In this document: positions 59,446-64,000 of the stretch, one piece after another | Numbering within the stretch: the first letter of the stretch is position 1 | Layout of the letters: every line of letters starts with the position of its first letter | Assembly: GCA_019057475.1 (NCBI GenBank) | Contig: DXJO01000028.1 | Location: 1 to 64,000 of the forward strand | Direction: 5' to 3' | Length of the DNA stretch: 64,000 bases | Source: Candidatus Thorarchaeota archaeon | GTDB lineage: Archaea > Asgardarchaeota > Thorarchaeia > Thorarchaeales > Thorarchaeaceae | Program-made: the position numbers and the translations under genes | Notes under the pieces: generated by a model | Seen by the model: the letters and a program-made list of their open reading frames with translations, nothing else | Database searches by the model: none | What the model was told of the DNA's origin: nothing

Positions 59446-59514
59446 CCAGCGGGCCCTCGCGGGGCCGTCTGACATGACCCGCATCTTTAGGCACATGTCT
59501 TCATCCATCGCTGG
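59446..59514 (-). ncRNA. Structured RNA with K-turn/SECIS-like core in the cysS 3' region
   Basis: Minus strand: CCAGCG-AUGG-AUGAA-GACAUG-U-GCCU-AAAGAUGC-GGGU-CAUGUC-AGAC-GGCCC-CGCGA-GGGCC-CGCUGG. Confidence 0.5.
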
Positions 59515-59553
59515 CTAGCAAGGTGTAATAGTTCGGCCATAGATTTGGTCTGG

Positions 59554-60987
59554 CTAACTCATCTTCCACGTGGAACCGTCCTTCGTGTCTGAAACAGTGA
59601 TGCCAAGTTCTCCAAGCCGGTCACGAATCTTATCCGCGGCTGTGTAGTCCTTAGCCTTCCTGGCGTCCTCCCTGAGTTCGAGAAGGAGTTCAATAGTACT
59701 CTTGAGCAAGTCCCCCGACTCAGCTGATGCCGCAGTTTCTTCTAAAGTCAGATCAATACCAAGAATTCCCACGAGCTCTATCAATGCAGCAAGAGATTCT
59801 CGAAGGACTGCCGCGCCACCTACGTCTTTCGTGTGAGTGTTAATCTCACGAACGAAGGTGAAAACCTCGGCGAGAGCACCAGGAGTGTTGAAGTCATCAT
59901 CCATCTCCTTTTCGAACCCTTCTTTGAGCTTTTTGACAGCCTTCAAGAGCTTGGTATCCGCTTTGGATTCTCGACTTCCCTTCCTCTCGAGTATAGTTAT
60001 CCTGCCATGAAGAGTATCAGTCGCGTTCTTGATTCGTTCCAGCGATTGGATCGCCTGTTTCAAGACCTTGTCACCATAGTCGAGTGGTTGACGGTATTGC
60101 CCGGAAACCAGGTACAGTCGCACTGCTTGTTTGTCGTAGTTGTCAAGGACCTCTCTTGCTGTGGAGAATCCGCCTTCCGACTTGGACATCTTTTCGGCAT
60201 TCAACGTAAGGAACCCGTTGTGAAGCCAATACTTCACAGGCGTTTTGATGCCGTAGGCCGCCGCGGACTGAGCTATCTCGTTCTCATGGTGCGGGAATAT
60301 CAGATCCTGGCCTCCTCCGTGAATGTCGAATGGCAGTCCTAGGTAGTGCTTTCCCATCACTGAGCATTCAGCATGCCATCCGGGCCGTCCTTTGCCCCAT
60401 GGGCTATCCCAAGACGGTTCACCAGGCTTCTCAGCTTTCCATAAGGCGAAGTCCCGCGGGTCCTGCTTCTTCTCGTCAATCTCAACTCTGGCTCCTGCAG
60501 TCAGATCATCAGTCGATACACGTGATAGGACACCGTAGTCTTTCCAAGCACTTACATCGAAGTAGACATCACCGTCGACAACGTATCCCTTACCGTTTTT
60601 CACAATGAGCTCTACCATCTCTACGATGTCATCCATGTGCTCAGTGGCCCGGGGGTTGATTGACGCTGGCTTCAGGTTTAGCTGGTCTGCAATGATCTTG
60701 TATTCTGCGATGAACTTGTTGGCTAGTTCCGCAACCGTGATACCTTCCTCTTTCGCACGGTTGATCATCTTGTCGTCGATATCAGTGAAATTGGTAACAA
60801 AGTACACACGGTATCCCTTGTACTCCAGATATCGCCGGATTGTATCGAACACTGCGAAAGACCTGGCGTTGCCTATGTGGGGGTAATCATAGACGGTCGG
60901 ACCACAGACATACATTCTTACAGTGTTCTCTTCCTGCGGCCTGAATTCTTCCTTTGATCGGGACAGCGTATTGTATACCTTTAGCAT
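59554..60987 (-). CDS. cysS: Cysteine-tRNA ligase
   Basis: YVCGPTVY, HIGN, PGWHAECS, FPHHENE, KMSKS. Confidence 0.98.
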   Translation of the reverse strand: MLKVYNTLSRSKEEFRPQEENTVRMYVCGPTVYDYPHIGNARSFAVFDTIRRYLEYKGYRVYFVTNFTDIDDKMINRAKEEGITVAELANKFIAEYKIIADQLNLKPASINPRATEHMDDIVEMVELIVKNGKGYVVDGDVYFDVSAWKDYGVLSRVSTDDLTAGARVEIDEKKQDPRDFALWKAEKPGEPSWDSPWGKGRPGWHAECSVMGKHYLGLPFDIHGGGQDLIFPHHENEIAQSAAAYGIKTPVKYWLHNGFLTLNAEKMSKSEGGFSTAREVLDNYDKQAVRLYLVSGQYRQPLDYGDKVLKQAIQSLERIKNATDTLHGRITILERKGSRESKADTKLLKAVKKLKEGFEKEMDDDFNTPGALAEVFTFVREINTHTKDVGGAAVLRESLAALIELVGILGIDLTLEETAASAESGDLLKSTIELLLELREDARKAKDYTAADKIRDRLGELGITVSDTKDGSTWKMS

Positions 60988-61070
60988 CGGTACTACCCTG
61001 CTGCCTCTGGCTCAGCCTGCATAAAAAGGCGTCTGCAATTCTTGCCTGCATCATGTAATCCAGCAGCTTG

Positions 61071-61358
61071 CTACTGCCACTGATATGTGCAGATATCCAT
61101 GTCTTCGGGCAACGCTGCCCGTGAAGTGAAGATGAGGTGTTGGTTTGCATCATTCGCAAACCATGCATGAAGCCTGGTATCTGAGAGAACCTCCAACATC
61201 TTTCCTCTCTCGTTGAAATCAAGACCCATGACCTTCAGCAGGCTTGTTAGGCTTACCAGTCTGTCGACATTCTTGTTGATGGCGGCAAGGATTCGAACCT
61301 TTGAGCCCGTTTCCATTTGAAGAATCTCTGTATCCCGAAGCACCGCCTTAATCCTCAT
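61071..61358 (-). CDS. Small hypothetical protein
   Basis: Clean 95-aa ORF co-oriented with neighbours; no motif recognised. Confidence 0.7.
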   Translation of the reverse strand: MRIKAVLRDTEILQMETGSKVRILAAINKNVDRLVSLTSLLKVMGLDFNERGKMLEVLSDTRLHAWFANDANQHLIFTSRAALPEDMDICTYQWQ

Positions 61359-61417
61359 AGTAATCGCCTATTCTAGAGATGATGATGAAGAAATAAGAAC
61401 TTCTTGGAGGTGGCCAT

Positions 61418-61786
61418 TCAACACTTCTTACAATCATCGATGCGCACAATGATGACCTTACATTCTTCAGCGATGTCGCCGAAAGCTTGGTAGAAGTATC
61501 TCGCGGCTTCATCGCGCCCTTGTTGGCCAACATCAGTTAGGCGATAGATTACCTGATTGCCTTCCTTGACGCCCTCGATCAGTCCCCGTTCCTTCAAGTC
61601 CTTTAGCGCCGGATATATCGTACCTGGTGTGGGTTTGGAGCCGCGCCTCTTTGATATCTTTTCAGCAATTTGCTGTCCATTTAAGCGCTCCTTACCTAAC
61701 TCCCAAAGTATCTGGAATGTAAGAAATCCCCTCATGTCACAACAGTCTGGCGGACAGCACCTACCTGACTTCTCGTCGCTTGACAT
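61418..61786 (-). CDS. PadR-family regulator with N-terminal CC-x3-CC and C-terminal CxxC
   Basis: MRGFLTFQIL, PTPGTIYPALKDL, YRLTDVG; start ATG 61786. Confidence 0.9.
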   Translation of the reverse strand: MSSDEKSGRCCPPDCCDMRGFLTFQILWELGKERLNGQQIAEKISKRRGSKPTPGTIYPALKDLKERGLIEGVKEGNQVIYRLTDVGQQGRDEAARYFYQAFGDIAEECKVIIVRIDDCKKC

Positions 61787-61792
61787 GTTGAG

Positions 61793-61855
61793 TATTGGAC
61801 ATCCAATATACTTAAATGTATATGTCTGATGCCCAATATTGGTCATCCAATATTG
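61793..61855. promoter_or_regulatory. Tandem palindromic operators between divergent padR and arsM
   Basis: TATTGGA-CA-TCCAATA 61793-61808 and CAATATTGG-TCAT-CCAATATTG 61834-61855, around an AT-rich TATA-like core. Confidence 0.75.
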
Positions 61856-61863
61856 ACTATCGA

Positions 61864-62679
61864 ATGAATGCGGTGAAGGAATTGAGCGATACGAAACGAA
61901 TCAGCGATATGACAGACGATGAGATTAAGGACGAAGTGAAAAAGGCTTACTCAAAAGTTGCTCAGCGAACCGGGACGAAATGCTGTGACCAGGAAGACAA
62001 TCCCTCTAGGGAGTCCACATCCAGCTGCTGCAATCCCTCTCCAAGTGATATGAAACGACTTGTTCTGTCATTTGGGTATTCTGTTGACGGGCTTCCTGCG
62101 TCAGCGACTGAGTCGTATGCAGGCTGCGGCAACCCTGTCGCTTTGGCAAGCTTACGAGAGGGTGAGGTTGTTCTGGACTTGGGGAGTGGAGCAGGCTTAG
62201 ATGTGTTTGAAGCCGCCAAGAGGGTCGGCGAAACCGGTCGGGTTATTGGTGTTGACATGACACAGGAAATGCTTCAGAAAGCTGAGGAGAATGCCGTTAA
62301 GCTTGGGGTGACGAATGTAGAATTCCGGAAGGGTGACATCGAAAACCTGCCTATCGAAGATGATTCGATTGACATCATCATCAGTAATTGTGTCATCAAC
62401 CTCGCCCCGGACAAGTCCAAGGTGTTTCGCGAAGCATTCAGAGTACTCAAACCTGGCGGCCGCGTGATGATATCGGATATTGTCCTGCATGGTCCGCTGC
62501 CTAAGGATATACGCGACGAGGTCATCACCTACACTGGCTGCCTTGGTGGGGCTATTCCGGAGGAGAAGTATCTGCAATTGATGCGCGATGCAGGCTTTGA
62601 GAGAGTAGAAGTGGTTGAGAAGTTTGAAATCAATCTCGGTTCCAGTGCAAGGATTTCAGGGTACAAGCCCAAAGAGTGA
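61864..62679 (+). CDS. arsM: Arsenite S-adenosylmethionine methyltransferase
   Basis: [34 protein letters not shown]-terminal CC pairs; start could be 61864, 61882 or 61909. Confidence 0.93.
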   Translation: MNAVKELSDTKRISDMTDDEIKDEVKKAYSKVAQRTGTKCCDQEDNPSRESTSSCCNPSPSDMKRLVLSFGYSVDGLPASATESYAGCGNPVALASLREGEVVLDLGSGAGLDVFEAAKRVGETGRVIGVDMTQEMLQKAEENAVKLGVTNVEFRKGDIENLPIEDDSIDIIISNCVINLAPDKSKVFREAFRVLKPGGRVMISDIVLHGPLPKDIRDEVITYTGCLGGAIPEEKYLQLMRDAGFERVEVVEKFEINLGSSARISGYKPKE

Positions 62680-62704
62680 CCCGCAAACCGCGTGAGTCCG
62701 GATA

Positions 62705-64000
62705 CTACGTGCATGAAATCATTGCTTTGGCTAGAATCTCCTGAGCCGATCGTCCCACGAGGATTTCGAAGTCACCAGGTTCAACCACCCACTCATGTCT
62801 ATGGATGTCATAGAATGCCAAATCCTCTGCTCTAACAGCAATGGAAGCTGTCTTCTTCTCGCCTGACTTCAATCGAATCTTTCCAAAACCGACTAGTTCC
62901 TTCTGAGGACGCATAACAGAAGATTGGATGTCTCGAGAATACACTTGAACGACCTCAGCACCAGAACGCTCGCCAGTGTTTACGACTTCCAGATCGACAA
63001 CGAATGTGTCATCTGTACGCGTGATGGACTTCTTATCCAGATGTATGCTCCCGTATTCGAATGTAGTGTACGACATGCCGAAGCCGAAGGGAAATAGAGG
63101 GGCAATCTCTTCCTTGTCGAACCATCGGTAACCAACGAAGATTCCCTCATCGTAGTAGACCTTTTTCTCTTCGTCACCCGGGTAAGTCCTGCTCAAGCCA
63201 CTGCTATGTGCAGGGGAGTCAGCGAGTTTTCTAGGGAATGTCAACGGGAGTTTCCCAGATGGGTTAACGTCCCCAAATAGAACGTTGGCAATCGCGCGAC
63301 CTCCCTCCATTCCCGAATACCATGCTTCCAAGACAACTGGCACGGCTTCTAGCCAATCGTCCATTGCTATTGGGCTCCCTGCTATCAGAACAACAATCGT
63401 GTTTGGATTAGTAGCTACAGTCCGATTGATCAATGCAATCTGGTTTCCAGGTAGATCCAGTGAAGCCCGATCCTGAAACTCTGAATCCCCGCCCTTCCCG
63501 TTATCCAGACCTGCAAAGACTATGGCAAGGTCCGCTTGCGAAGCATCAGTAACAATCTTGATTCTACCTTTGCATTTTTCTTTCATACCAGCTAGGGGCG
63601 TTATCTCGAATGGCGGCTTAACTCCTGATGAACCTCCTTTGAGAAATCCGCCGAATTTCTTCTTCAAGTTGGGTCCGAGGAGCGCTATCTTGTCTATTGC
63701 GTCGATGTCGAGTGGTAGGACGCCTCCGTCGTTCTTCAGAAGTACCATTCCTTCTTCAGCTACTCGACGAGCAAGGTCATGATGTTGAGCGGTGTTTCGA
63801 GACCCTTTGGGTTGTGCTTTCGTATCCCCGATTGCCCCCGTCAGCATCATCACACGTAAGTTCCTTCGAGCTAAGTCGTTCAGAGTTTCATCGGTGAGAA
63901 TCCCATCGGTGTAGGCTTTCTTCAATAACTTGACCTTGTACTTAATTGGCCATGGCATCTCCAGAGAGAGTCCCGCTTTGATACATCCCTCAGTAGTCTG
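62705..64000 (-). CDS. Glycoside hydrolase family 3 (beta-glucosidase-like); 5' end outside the window
   Basis: GLSLEMP, VLLKND, GGSSGV, NPSGKLP, YDEGIFVGYRW, FPFGFGMSYT, Fn3-like tail; frame open to the window edge. Confidence 0.95.
   Translation of the reverse strand, partial: QTTEGCIKAGLSLEMPWPIKYKVKLLKKAYTDGILTDETLNDLARRNLRVMMLTGAIGDTKAQPKGSRNTAQHHDLARRVAEEGMVLLKNDGGVLPLDIDAIDKIALLGPNLKKKFGGFLKGGSSGVKPPFEITPLAGMKEKCKGRIKIVTDASQADLAIVFAGLDNGKGGDSEFQDRASLDLPGNQIALINRTVATNPNTIVVLIAGSPIAMDDWLEAVPVVLEAWYSGMEGGRAIANVLFGDVNPSGKLPLTFPRKLADSPAHSSGLSRTYPGDEEKKVYYDEGIFVGYRWFDKEEIAPLFPFGFGMSYTTFEYGSIHLDKKSITRTDDTFVVDLEVVNTGERSGAEVVQVYSRDIQSSVMRPQKELVGFGKIRLKSGEKKTASIAVRAEDLAFYDIHRHEWVVEPGDFEILVGRSAQEILAKAMISCT

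Noticed and set aside
59370-59550. tRNA, T-box or riboswitch next to cysS
   Set aside because: No cloverleaf or T-loop; it lies 3' of cysS and lacks T-box or SAM-I consensus; no ACA box after the basal stem.

Overview
From about 2.8 kb to the end, this is ordinary archaeal chromosome (TFB, TATA-type promoters, single-OB SSB, ADP-forming acyl-CoA synthetase). The gene repertoire suggests an Asgard archaeon, probably Thorarchaeia; this is an inference from protein families, not a search result. The first ~2.8 kb is different: a small mobile-element-like segment with a near-perfect bacterial sigma70 promoter, two XerCD dif-like sites, an excisionase-type HTH, a PC4-like ssDNA-binding protein and a truncated primase-like ORF. 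It joins the archaeal DNA at ~2797, where ORFs on both sides are cut, so a contig join or misassembly is the most likely explanation. The archaeal part contains: a ~1940-aa Trp/Tyr-rich anchored surface protein; a stand-alone CARF-like/wHTH regulator; a circularly permuted family-5 substrate-binding protein on an Ig-repeat stalk; mutS-rpe-tal-amidohydrolase-mutL; a hydrogenase-free hdrC-hdrB-(QmoA/QmoB-like hdrA pair)-Fd/mvhD-hdrL operon; a macro/pseudo-macro/Nudix module; tfb; a feo operon with a naturally split FeoB and tandem operators; a larA-like gene; a GNAT + PKD-protein island; cysS followed by a SECIS-like K-turn RNA; a Cys-rich PadR divergent from arsM with tandem operators; and a GH3 glycosidase cut by the window end. 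I found no rRNA, tRNA or CRISPR array. Best candidates for undescribed systems: the PadR-ArsM arsenic switch, the Qmo-like/HdrL complex, the orphan SECIS-like RNA, and the surface-protein region with its CARF-like regulator.
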